Under the pieces are notes generated by a model. The model worked only from the letters and a program-made list of their open reading frames with translations. It was not told where the DNA came from and searched no databases. Made by a program: the position numbers and the translations under genes. Shown here one piece after another: positions 51,326 through 59,710 of a stretch of 64,000 bases of DNA. This DNA is from an uncultured Bifidobacterium sp. (GTDB taxonomy: Bacteria; Actinomycetota; Acidimicrobiia; Acidimicrobiales; Ilumatobacteraceae): positions 1,013-65,012 of the forward strand of contig CAYZFZ010000004.1 in the NCBI GenBank assembly GCA_964477795.1. Direction: 5' to 3'. How positions within the stretch are numbered: the first letter of the stretch is position 1; each line of letters starts with the position of its first letter.

Positions 51326-54300
51326 TCAGGTGCGCACGCCAGGCGAGGGTGCGCTGGGCGGCCCCTCCCCGAGCGCGTTCTCGGCCAGGGCCACGCAGAT
51401 CCAGGTGGTGCTCGTCGGCAGCCCCGACAGGGTCGCCGTCGTCGTGGTGGTCTGGGCCGTCGCGATCCCGCGCAACGAGATGCAGCCGACCGAGTAGCCG
51501 GTGATCGGCGAGCCGCCGTTGCTGGACGGAGGCGCGATCGTCACCGTCAGGCGCCCACGAGAGGGGGAGGTCGCCGACACGATCCGCGGCGCCCCGGGTT
51601 GGCCGAGCACCGTCACCGGTTCCGAGGGGGTCGACGCCGTACCGAGACCGGCCGAGTTCCGGGCGACGACGGTGCACGTGTACACCGAACCCGCCGTGAG
51701 GCCGTAGACCGAGATCGGGCTGGCAGGCCCGTCCTTCTTCCGAGTCACCCCGGTCGGTGAGGTGCAGGTGGCGGTGTAGTCGGTGATGGCCGCGCCACCG
51801 TTGTCGACCGGGGGTGTGAACGCCACGTCGAGGCGCCCCGCCCAACCGGTCGCAGCGCGGGTGGAGGCTCGGGCTGCTGTCGGCGCCCCCGGCGCGTGTG
51901 CGACGAGGAGGACTGCGGCACTCGTCGCCGCCGGGCCTCGCCCGACCGCGTTCGTGGCGACGACGGCACAGGTGTAGGTCGCGCGGGCCGTCAACGACCC
52001 CACCGCCACCGAGCCGGCGGTAGCCCTCGTGACCGACCGAGTCGCGCCGGTCGGCGAGGTGCACGTGACGGTGTAGCCGGTGATCGGCGAGTGCCCGTCG
52101 TCGGTCGGCGCCGTGAACTCGACGGTCAGCTCGGTCCGTCCCGTCATGCGTGCCGTGACGCTGCCCGGCGCGCCCGGCACCGACAGTCCCATGACCGTCA
52201 CCGGGGCGCTGTTCGACGGATCGCTCGTGTAGCGGCCGTTCAGGGCGACGACGGTGCAGCCGTAGACGGCGTTGGCCGTCAGGCCGGTCACGACGATCGG
52301 GCTCGTGGCGCCGTCGGCCGAGCCCGTGGCCCCGGTGGGCGACACGCACGTGGCTCGGTACCCCGAGATCGGTACGCCGCCGGCGGGTGGTGTGAACGAC
52401 ACCGTCGCCTGACCGACCACGGTGGACGATGCAGCTGCCGAGGTCGGCGGCGCCGGCGCGGCGATCAGCGGGGCGATCGTCGGTCCGGTGATGTCGGTGC
52501 CGTCGTCGAGTTTCACTGTTGGGTATCCGGCGGGGACCGGGCCGGCGTAGGTGTGCTGGAAGGAGAACGTGGTCGGCCGTGCTGCCGGGTTGATCCCGAT
52601 GCAGATCACGAGCCCACTGGAGTCGCACGCGTAGCGGCGGCTGGTGGTGGTGCCGTCGCCCCAGTCCACGGTCAACTGCACTTCGTCGTTGCCCGGGTCG
52701 GCGAACTGGCCGGCGACCGTCACGACGTCGGCTGCTGCGACGGCGGTCGGCCCGTCGGTGAAGGCGGCGGGTGCATTGCCGACGTGGAAGGTCACGGCGG
52801 CACCGACGCGGGCACCGTTGACGTCGGTGACGATGGCGCGAGCCGCGTAGTCGCCCGCCACGCGGTATGTCTGCTGCGCGGTGGCCCCGCTGACCTTCGG
52901 CCAGTTGCAGCCGTCACCGGGACCGGTCGCCGCGCGGCAGAGCGCGTCGACCGCTGGGTCCACGACGAGGAACGACGACTGCGGGTTGTCGGGCTCGATC
53001 ATCCACTCGACCGTGTAGCCCGTGCCCGCCGCGCTGTGCGACGCGTGTGCGTCGAAGGTCAGCACCGAGCCTTCGAGCAGGTCGCCGCTGACCGTCGGTG
53101 CCACGCTCACCTGTGGCGCCGGCAGCGGGGCGATGGTCGGTCCGGTGATGTCGGTGCCGTCGTCGAGTTTCACCGTCGGGTATCCGGCCGGGACCGGGCC
53201 GGAGTAGGTGTGTTGGAAGGAGAACGTGGTCGGTCGTGCTGCCGGGTTGATCCCGATGCAGATCACGAGCCCACTGGAGTCGCACGCGTAGCGGCGGCTG
53301 GTGGTGGTGCCGTCGCCCCAGTCCACGGTCAACTGCACTTCGTCGTTGCCCGGGTCGGCGAACTGGCCGGCGACCGTCACGACGTCGGCTGCTGCGACGG
53401 CGGTCGGCCCGTCGGTGAAGGCGGCGGGTGCATTGCCGACGTGGAAGGTCACGGCGGCACCGACGCGGGCACCGTTGACGTCGGTGACGATGGCGCGAGC
53501 CGCGTAGTCGCCCGCCACGCGGTATGTCTGCTGCGCGGTGGCCCCGCTGACCTTCGGCCAGTTGCAGCCGTCACCGGGACCGGTCGCCGCGCGGCAGAGC
53601 GCGTCGACCGCTGGGTCCACGACGAGGAACGACGACTGCGGGTTGTCGGGCTCGATCATCCACTCGACCGTGTAGCCCGTGCCCGCCGCGCTGTGCGACG
53701 CGTGTGCGTCGAAGGTCAGCACCGAGCCTTCGAGCAGGTCGCCGCTGACCGTCGGTGCCACGCTCACCTGTGGCGTCGCATGCGTGGTGGCGAAGCCGTC
53801 GTACAGCGAGACGTCGACTGGGTACGTCGCGCCGGGATCGGCGTACGTGTGCTGGAGGCTGAACGTGCTGGGGTGAGCGAGCGGCGCGTCCGAGCTGCAG
53901 CCGCTGGTGAAGTCGCAGGGGAAGAGGCGATTCGACGACGTGCCGTCCCCCCAGTCCACTTTCACCTTCACGGAGGCGTCGCCCGGATCGTCGAACGTGC
54001 CGGCGACGGTCGCCGTCAGCCCGTTCATCGTGAGGGTGGGGCCACTGGTGAACCGCGGCGCGACGTTGCGCACGGTGAAGTTGAACGAGGACTCGCTCCG
54101 CGTGCCGTGGCTGTCGGTCGCGAACACGCGGGCGAGGTAGGTGCCAGGTGTCTGGTAGTTCAGCGTCACCTGGTCACCCGTATGCCGGGGCCAGTTGCAC
54201 GTCGAGGTGGGCGGGAGCCCTCCCTCACGGCACTCACTCGTGGCACTGGGGTCTTGGTACGCGAGGCCGAGGCCCGGATCGGGCTCGACGAGCCAGGTCA

Positions 54301-55903
54301 CGGTGACCGGATCGTTCGCGTCCAGGTCGGTGGCGTGCGCGGTGAGGGTGAAGGGCGAACTCTGGTCGATGGCGGACGGGTACGTGGGCGCAAGGCTCGG
54401 GAGGTGGTTGCCGTGCCAGGTGGCCGTGTGGGTGCGGAGGGTCAGCCCGTCATAGGTCGAGTAGACGAGCGCCTGCGAAGTGGTCGCTGGGGGCGGGCTC
54501 GTCGAATCCCCGGGTGGGCTGGAGAGGAAGCCGTCCACGTCGTCGAGGTAGGCCGTCTTCCTGCCGCCCCCGCCGTCGAGGTAGTGCAGCGACAGGCTCC
54601 ACTCGAAGTCACCGGTGCCCTGCTTCGTCGCGAACCAGCGTCCGACCATGTAGGTCTCCTGGGGTGTGCCGTTCCAGTCACGCGTGACGATGGTCGAGGC
54701 GCCTGTGGTGGACCCGTCGACGAGGAACTCCGGGTCGGCGGCCGTGTGAGCGGGCGGGCTGTCCTTGGCGATCCGCTCGGCCGTCCAGTCCCCGTGCGTC
54801 GGGTCCAGCGTCGCCCCGAGGACCGCGCTGAACATCTCGACGTTGCCCTCCGGGGTCGCCGCGAGCGACGCGAGGTCGATGGTCTCGTTCTGTGCGTTCG
54901 ACAACGCCTCGGCCAGCTTCGTCGGCACCTGTTCCGCCTCGATCAACTGCCACAGCGCGATCGCCGTGACGACCGAGGCGAGGGCGATGATCATCACGAC
55001 CGACACCCCCGCGCCGATGGCGACCGTCGTCGCCGCGCTGGCGGCCCAGGCGGGTGGTGCCACGCCCAGTGCCAGGGCGCTCGACACCGCGCTGTAACCC
55101 AGGAGCGCAGAGCCCATCGCTCCTGCGATGGAGAACGCGAGCGAGCTGGAGGCGGCGATGGCTGCGGCCAGCGCCGCGCTGATCGCGCCTGCCGCGGCCA
55201 GCGACGAGAGGAAGGTGAGGGCCGTCACCGTGTTCTTCCACGCAGCCTGGGCGTCGGCCGCCCCGAACTTCTGGCCGTCGACGAGCACCCCGGCGTAGGC
55301 CTGGAACTGCTCCGCGGACGGGGGCGCCGGCGGCAAGCCCACGTAGAACGGGTCATTGCACCACGCATGCGTCGGGATGCTCGTGAAGCCGTAGCCGGCC
55401 GGCGGCTGGTAGGTGCACCGGTCGGCCGACCACCGGTTGTACTCGTCGACCGCCTTCTGGGCTTTCGCGACGCGGCGGGCCTTCATCTGCGACTGCAGCG
55501 TCGTCAACCACAACTGCTCGTCAGCCGTGAGCGCCTCGCCGTTGCCCTGCTTCTTGATGATGCTCAGCAGGCGCGCGTACATGAACCCGCGGATCTCGTC
55601 GCGGCCCCAGTGCAGCAGCTGACGATCGTTGGGGACGTCGTAGAGCAGCGCGACGCTCGCCCGCGCCTCGGATGCAAGCGAGTCCCACTGACCGGCGCTC
55701 GTGTCCTGGATCATCCGGTCCCACGGATCCAGCACGACGATCGGGGCTTCACCTCCGCTCGCCGAGCACCAGCCGGGCACCACCTCGACGCATCCGTCGG
55801 CCAGCACGCGCGGTGGTGTGTTCGCCACCCCGATGACCGTCACGGCCATCGCCAACGCCACCAGCCCCGCAACCCACCGCTGCAACCGCGCGCTCACATC
55901 CAT
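51326..55903 (-). CDS. Giant (1525 aa) secreted or membrane-associated multidomain protein
   Basis: Domain order: signal-like N-terminus, an unknown approx. 190-aa domain, an Ala/Ser/Gly-rich hydrophobic block, three PKD-like double modules, then four Fn3-like domains. The sense frame has domain-like composition and repeats (VDWGDGT, NVAPRF/NAPAAF, ITGY..TC.SPTG), while the antisense 1344-aa ORF is R/G-rich nonsense. There is no LPXTG or other C-terminal anchor. Confidence 0.85.
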   Translation of the reverse strand: MDVSARLQRWVAGLVALAMAVTVIGVANTPPRVLADGCVEVVPGWCSASGGEAPIVVLDPWDRMIQDTSAGQWDSLASEARASVALLYDVPNDRQLLHWGRDEIRGFMYARLLSIIKKQGNGEALTADEQLWLTTLQSQMKARRVAKAQKAVDEYNRWSADRCTYQPPAGYGFTSIPTHAWCNDPFYVGLPPAPPSAEQFQAYAGVLVDGQKFGAADAQAAWKNTVTALTFLSSLAAAGAISAALAAAIAASSSLAFSIAGAMGSALLGYSAVSSALALGVAPPAWAASAATTVAIGAGVSVVMIIALASVVTAIALWQLIEAEQVPTKLAEALSNAQNETIDLASLAATPEGNVEMFSAVLGATLDPTHGDWTAERIAKDSPPAHTAADPEFLVDGSTTGASTIVTRDWNGTPQETYMVGRWFATKQGTGDFEWSLSLHYLDGGGGRKTAYLDDVDGFLSSPPGDSTSPPPATTSQALVYSTYDGLTLRTHTATWHGNHLPSLAPTYPSAIDQSSPFTLTAHATDLDANDPVTVTWLVEPDPGLGLAYQDPSATSECREGGLPPTSTCNWPRHTGDQVTLNYQTPGTYLARVFATDSHGTRSESSFNFTVRNVAPRFTSGPTLTMNGLTATVAGTFDDPGDASVKVKVDWGDGTSSNRLFPCDFTSGCSSDAPLAHPSTFSLQHTYADPGATYPVDVSLYDGFATTHATPQVSVAPTVSGDLLEGSVLTFDAHASHSAAGTGYTVEWMIEPDNPQSSFLVVDPAVDALCRAATGPGDGCNWPKVSGATAQQTYRVAGDYAARAIVTDVNGARVGAAVTFHVGNAPAAFTDGPTAVAAADVVTVAGQFADPGNDEVQLTVDWGDGTTTSRRYACDSSGLVICIGINPAARPTTFSFQHTYSGPVPAGYPTVKLDDGTDITGPTIAPLPAPQVSVAPTVSGDLLEGSVLTFDAHASHSAAGTGYTVEWMIEPDNPQSSFLVVDPAVDALCRAATGPGDGCNWPKVSGATAQQTYRVAGDYAARAIVTDVNGARVGAAVTFHVGNAPAAFTDGPTAVAAADVVTVAGQFADPGNDEVQLTVDWGDGTTTSRRYACDSSGLVICIGINPAARPTTFSFQHTYAGPVPAGYPTVKLDDGTDITGPTIAPLIAAPAPPTSAAASSTVVGQATVSFTPPAGGVPISGYRATCVSPTGATGSADGATSPIVVTGLTANAVYGCTVVALNGRYTSDPSNSAPVTVMGLSVPGAPGSVTARMTGRTELTVEFTAPTDDGHSPITGYTVTCTSPTGATRSVTRATAGSVAVGSLTARATYTCAVVATNAVGRGPAATSAAVLLVAHAPGAPTAARASTRAATGWAGRLDVAFTPPVDNGGAAITDYTATCTSPTGVTRKKDGPASPISVYGLTAGSVYTCTVVARNSAGLGTASTPSEPVTVLGQPGAPRIVSATSPSRGRLTVTIAPPSSNGGSPITGYSVGCISLRGIATAQTTTTTATLSGLPTSTTWICVALAENALGEGPPSAPSPGVRT
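52461..53775 (-). repeat. Two tandem copies of a 657-bp coding unit (219 aa)
   Basis: An offset of 657 nt is confirmed by identical 68-aa shadow ORFs at 52644..52850 and 53301..53507. By eye, 538 nt are identical (52581..53118 versus 53238..53775) and about 7 mismatches fall in the first approx. 110 nt. A diverged third unit lies at about 53776..54400. Confidence 0.9.
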
Positions 55904-55910
55904 CGTCTCC

Positions 55911-55951
55911 CACCCTCTGTGTTGAGTTGATCAACTCGACCACAGAGGGTG
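55911..55951. promoter_or_regulatory. Nested palindrome abutting the start of the giant gene
   Basis: CACCCTCTGTG-TT-GAGTTGATCAACTC-GAC-CACAGAGGGTG, with 11-bp outer arms and a 14-bp perfect inner palindrome. It ends 7 nt from the ATG (55903) and overlaps the GGGAG ribosome-binding region on the minus strand. Confidence 0.55.
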
Positions 55952-55961
55952 CCCACTGCCA

Positions 55962-55979
55962 ATCGGGCAGTTGCCCGAT
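55962..55979. promoter_or_regulatory. Second perfect inverted repeat in the same divergent region
   Basis: ATCGGGCA-GT-TGCCCGAT. Confidence 0.45.
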
Positions 55980-56032
55980 GTGGCCGCGCGACCTCCGGCG
56001 CACGACAATGGGAGGGAGATGTAGGAGCAGCG

Positions 56033-58453
56033 GTGACGGGTGGGGTCAGCGGGGTCGAACAGGGCGTGACGGGTGACTCTGATGGCACGTCGCGCGACGT
56101 CCGCGCCGGCGGGATCGATGCGCTGCTGGCGTGGACCGACGCGCCGAGCCACCGCGTGCTCACCATCTCCGGGCCGGGAGGGATCGGCGCGACACACGTC
56201 GCCCGCCGGCTCCTCGACCGGATGGGCGCCACCCGGACCGTCGACATGCTGGTCCTGGACGACGTGGAGGATCCCGCCGAGGTCCTGAGCCGGATCGAGG
56301 ACCTGCTCGATCGGGGCGATCTCGACGCGATGCTCCTCGACGGACTCACCCGCGCGGCGGTTCGAGTGGGCACGGCGCCGGTGCTCGAGCGCGTCCTGTC
56401 GGCTCACCCCGAGCTGCTGCTGATCGTGACGAGCAGGGTGCCCCTGCACCTCCGCGTCGAGCGCGTCGTCGTCCTCGCCCCGCTCGCCGTACCGGAGCGC
56501 GCCGCCGAGCCCCCGGCGATCCGAACCGCCCCTGCCGTCGCGCTCTTCTGCGAGGTCGCGGCGTCGACCGGCGCGACCGTCACCGACGCCGACCTGCCCC
56601 TGATCGCCGACATCTGCCGTCGCCTCGACGGGCTGCCGCTGGCCATCTCCCTCGCGGCCCGGCGGGCGGGCCAGATGTCGATCAGCGAGCTGGCTCGCCA
56701 GCTCGACGTCCGCGCGGGCCTCGACGTGCTGCGCGATGGCCCGGTCGATGCACCGCCGCGGCATCGCGACCTCGCCGAATCGGTGCGCTGGAGCCTCGCG
56801 CTGCTCAGCGATCGACAGCACCGCATCCTCGTGGCGCTGTCGGTGCTGCACGACCCCGCGACCCTCGACGAGCTCGTGGCGCTCACCCTCGAGACGGTGC
56901 CGGGCACGCGAGCGGAGCTGCTGGAGGCGCTGGATGCCCTGGTGCGCCACCACCTCCTCTCATCCGGCGCTGCCGACGAGCTGCGGCTGCGCGCCGTCCC
57001 ACCGGTTGTGCGTGCAGTCGTCGCAGAGCAGACGCCCGCCGAGGTGCGCCGCGCGGCGATCGAGGCCGTCGACCGGTCGCTCCTGCCGTTCGCGACCCAG
57101 CACGTGGCCGGCGCGCGCGCCCACGGCCAGGCGACGTGGGCGGCAGGCCTGAGCCGGCGCCACCGCGATCTCGTCGCAGCCTTCGAGCGCGCACTCGACC
57201 GCGGCGACGTGCACGCTGCGAGTGTGCTCGCGGCCGCGACGTCACGCGTCTGGCACGACGGCGGGCAGGGTGCCGTCGCACTTCCGCTCCTGCGCGGCCT
57301 GCTCGACGCGCTCGCGGCCCACGACGACGAGGCCATGAACCGGGCGATGATCGGCGGTTGGGTCACATTGTTCGAGGTCCTCACGTCGGCCGACCAGACC
57401 CGGCGGCGCGAGCTCGGCCTGCGGTTCGACGCGCTCGTCGATGCCGCGGCCGAGACCGGCGACGCGATCGTCCTGTTCGACGTGGTCGAGCGGTCGGTGG
57501 CTGCGGTGCGGTACAGCCACCACTTCGACCGCTTGATCTCACAGCTCGAGCGCACACTGTGCGCCTGCGACGAGGCGGGCCTCTCGCGGCACGCCGCGGC
57601 GTGCGCGGTCTGGCTCGCGATGACAGTGAACGTGCAGCAGCGCTTCGACGACGCGGCGCGGCTGGCGTTCGCAGCCATGTCACGTGCCCGCGCGATCGGC
57701 AACGACGCGCAGATGGCGTATGCCGCGATGGTGCTGGCCCACTTGCCCCCGGGGGTCGTCGCCGCGCACGGTCCGCCTGTGACGATGGAACAGGCTGTCG
57801 TGCTCGCCCGCCGCTCCGGCGATCAGCGGCTGCTGGCCAACATCCTGCCGGGGGTCGCTGCGGTGCGAGCGGCGCTCGGCGACCGGCAGCAGGCCACACT
57901 CGCGGTGGCCGAGGGGTTCGAGCTGGCGCTCGCGACCGGCCTGCACGACGGAGCCCTGGGTTCGCTGCTCGTGATCGTCGAGATCGCGGCGGCCCGCGAG
58001 GACGACGAGGTCGCCGCCGTTCTCACCGGAGGGCTCGCCGACCAGTGGACGCTGATCGAGGGGCCGCTCTCGGGGATCCTGCGGCGCCGGCACGACGCGA
58101 TGGTCGACGGCGTGCGGTCACGCCTGGGCGACACTCGCTTCCGGCAGGCGTTGGCCACCGGTGCCGCGATGAGCTGGGACGAGCTCGCGGACCATGCACT
58201 CGCCACCGTGCGCGGATGGACGAGGGTCGGGGGAGTGCCGGCACCGCCCGCCGGCAAGCTCACGGCACGAGAGCGCGAGGTGCTGCGCGCCCTTGTCGCC
58301 GGCGCCTCCAACAAGGAGCTGGCGGTCGCACTCGGCATCACGCGCAAGACCGCGATGCACCACACTTCGAACATCTACCGCAAGCTCGGTGTGCGCGGCC
58401 GCGCCGAGGCGGTCAGCTGGGCCTACCGCAACGGAGTGCTCGAGACCCCCTGA
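56033..58453 (+). CDS. Large ATP-binding LuxR-family regulator (LAL type) with a degenerate Walker A
   Basis: AGGAG lies 5 nt upstream of the GTG at 56033. The P-loop reads GPGGIGATHV, with Ala where the Walker Lys is expected. Walker B is MLVLDDVED. Long helical region. C-terminal LuxR HTH LTAREREVLRALVAGASNKELAVALGITRKTAMHHTSNIYRKLGV. Confidence 0.85.
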   Translation: MTGGVSGVEQGVTGDSDGTSRDVRAGGIDALLAWTDAPSHRVLTISGPGGIGATHVARRLLDRMGATRTVDMLVLDDVEDPAEVLSRIEDLLDRGDLDAMLLDGLTRAAVRVGTAPVLERVLSAHPELLLIVTSRVPLHLRVERVVVLAPLAVPERAAEPPAIRTAPAVALFCEVAASTGATVTDADLPLIADICRRLDGLPLAISLAARRAGQMSISELARQLDVRAGLDVLRDGPVDAPPRHRDLAESVRWSLALLSDRQHRILVALSVLHDPATLDELVALTLETVPGTRAELLEALDALVRHHLLSSGAADELRLRAVPPVVRAVVAEQTPAEVRRAAIEAVDRSLLPFATQHVAGARAHGQATWAAGLSRRHRDLVAAFERALDRGDVHAASVLAAATSRVWHDGGQGAVALPLLRGLLDALAAHDDEAMNRAMIGGWVTLFEVLTSADQTRRRELGLRFDALVDAAAETGDAIVLFDVVERSVAAVRYSHHFDRLISQLERTLCACDEAGLSRHAAACAVWLAMTVNVQQRFDDAARLAFAAMSRARAIGNDAQMAYAAMVLAHLPPGVVAAHGPPVTMEQAVVLARRSGDQRLLANILPGVAAVRAALGDRQQATLAVAEGFELALATGLHDGALGSLLVIVEIAAAREDDEVAAVLTGGLADQWTLIEGPLSGILRRRHDAMVDGVRSRLGDTRFRQALATGAAMSWDELADHALATVRGWTRVGGVPAPPAGKLTAREREVLRALVAGASNKELAVALGITRKTAMHHTSNIYRKLGVRGRAEAVSWAYRNGVLETP

Positions 58454-58504
58454 GGACGACGTCGAACACGTGGAGACGTTCGAGCATCTCGGCACCCGTC
58501 TGGT

Positions 58505-58912
58505 TCAGCGGCTCCCGAAGATCTGCGGGTTGGCCGCAGCGTACCGGGCGACCGCGTCGAGCACCGGTGCCGCGTCGCGACCGGCCTGCGTCAGCCGGTA
58601 GCGCACCACCACCGGTGGGCCCGGTTCCACGACACGCTCGGCCAGGCCGTGCTCGCACAGCTCCTTCAACCGGGTGGTCAGCACGCTGTCGGCCACATCA
58701 GGCACGCTCCGCGCCAGCTCCGAGAAGCGTTCGTTGCCATCGAGCATCGCCTGCACGACCGCACCCGCCCACGCTCGGCCGAGGACGGCCATCACCCGCT
58801 CGATCCCGGCACATCCCACCGCCGGAGCCTTCGACCCAGCCCGAGAACCCGACGACGATGTCGCTCGCGCCATCAGACCCTGCCTCGACTCGACGCCCGC
58901 GCGACCCGCCAC
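58505..58912 (-). CDS. HxlR-family winged-helix transcriptional regulator
   Basis: C..IERVMAVLGRAWAGAVVQAMLDGNERFSELARSVPDVADSVLTTRLKELCEHGLAERV. The start may be the internal ATG (MARATSS). Confidence 0.85.
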   Translation of the reverse strand: MAGRAGVESRQGLMARATSSSGSRAGSKAPAVGCAGIERVMAVLGRAWAGAVVQAMLDGNERFSELARSVPDVADSVLTTRLKELCEHGLAERVVEPGPPVVVRYRLTQAGRDAAPVLDAVARYAAANPQIFGSR

Positions 58913-59045
58913 AGAGCGCTCCCTGACCCCATCTCGTACATGACTCGTACTCTAGAAGTAACTCGCATCATGTGTGCGCCAAGGGCTCAGGTGGGGCGAA
59001 CCTTGATTCCGGCAGACGGCCGAGAACGCAGGTCGCCCGCATGTG

Positions 59046-59065
59046 CATACATCAACGTATGTATG
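59046..59065. promoter_or_regulatory. Inverted repeat just upstream of the TetR gene
   Basis: CATACAT-CAACGT-ATGTATG in an AT-rich patch 12 nt before the ATG at 59078. Confidence 0.4.
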
Positions 59066-59077
59066 TAAGATCGGCGG

Positions 59078-59710
59078 ATGATGACGACGCATGCCGACGC
59101 GACGCCGGTTCGGCGAACCCAGGAAGAGCGCAGCACCGCGACTCGCGCTGCGCTGGCAGATGCCGCGACCGACCTGCTGATCGAGCGCGGCTGGGCCGCG
59201 CTGTCCGCGGTCGAGATCTGCAACCGGGTCGGTGTCAGCCGCGGCGCCTTCCATCACCACTACGAGAGCGTGCCCAGCCTCCTCGCCGATGCACTGCGCC
59301 GCCTGTACGCCGACATGCGCAGTGCGCAGCGGCCGGTCGCGACGGGCATGATCGGCTTGGTCGACGGCACGTGGGCTGCGATCAGCAACCCACGGTTCAA
59401 GGCGGTGCTGGAGGCATGGTTGGCGATGTCGAACGACGCCGGCTTGCGCGCCGAGATCGGCCCGGTCGTTGCCGAGTTCGCCGAGCTGGTTCGCCCCGAC
59501 GCACGCGCCTCACAGGTGTTGGCCGACGCCAACGGTCGCGACTTCTACCTCCTCGCCCGCGAGACGATGCTCGGCCTCGCGCTCGGGCGGGCCACCAACT
59601 TCGGTCGCGCACCCCTCGCCCATGAACGACGCGTGCTGGCCCGCCTGCGGGCCGAGGCGGCATCGATCGACCAGGCCCGCAACCCGTCGACCACCAGGAG
59701 GCATCGATGA
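59078..59710 (+). CDS. TetR-family transcriptional regulator
   Basis: HTH ALADAATDLLIERGWAALSAVEICNRVGVSRGAFHHHYESVPSLL. Confidence 0.85.
   Translation: MMTTHADATPVRRTQEERSTATRAALADAATDLLIERGWAALSAVEICNRVGVSRGAFHHHYESVPSLLADALRRLYADMRSAQRPVATGMIGLVDGTWAAISNPRFKAVLEAWLAMSNDAGLRAEIGPVVAEFAELVRPDARASQVLADANGRDFYLLARETMLGLALGRATNFGRAPLAHERRVLARLRAEAASIDQARNPSTTRRHR

Noticed and set aside
42336-53775. CRISPR array (considered because of the 18-bp and 657-bp tandem repeats)
   Set aside because: Both repeats are contiguous with no unique spacers, keep the reading frame (18 and 657 nt are both multiples of 3) and lie inside well-supported genes. No cas genes are present.
51896-55930. 1344-aa plus-strand ORF opposite the giant surface-protein gene
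   Set aside because: Its translation is R/G/D-rich nonsense that simply mirrors the repeats of the minus-strand gene. The minus-strand frame shows PKD/Fn3-type domain text and a signal peptide.
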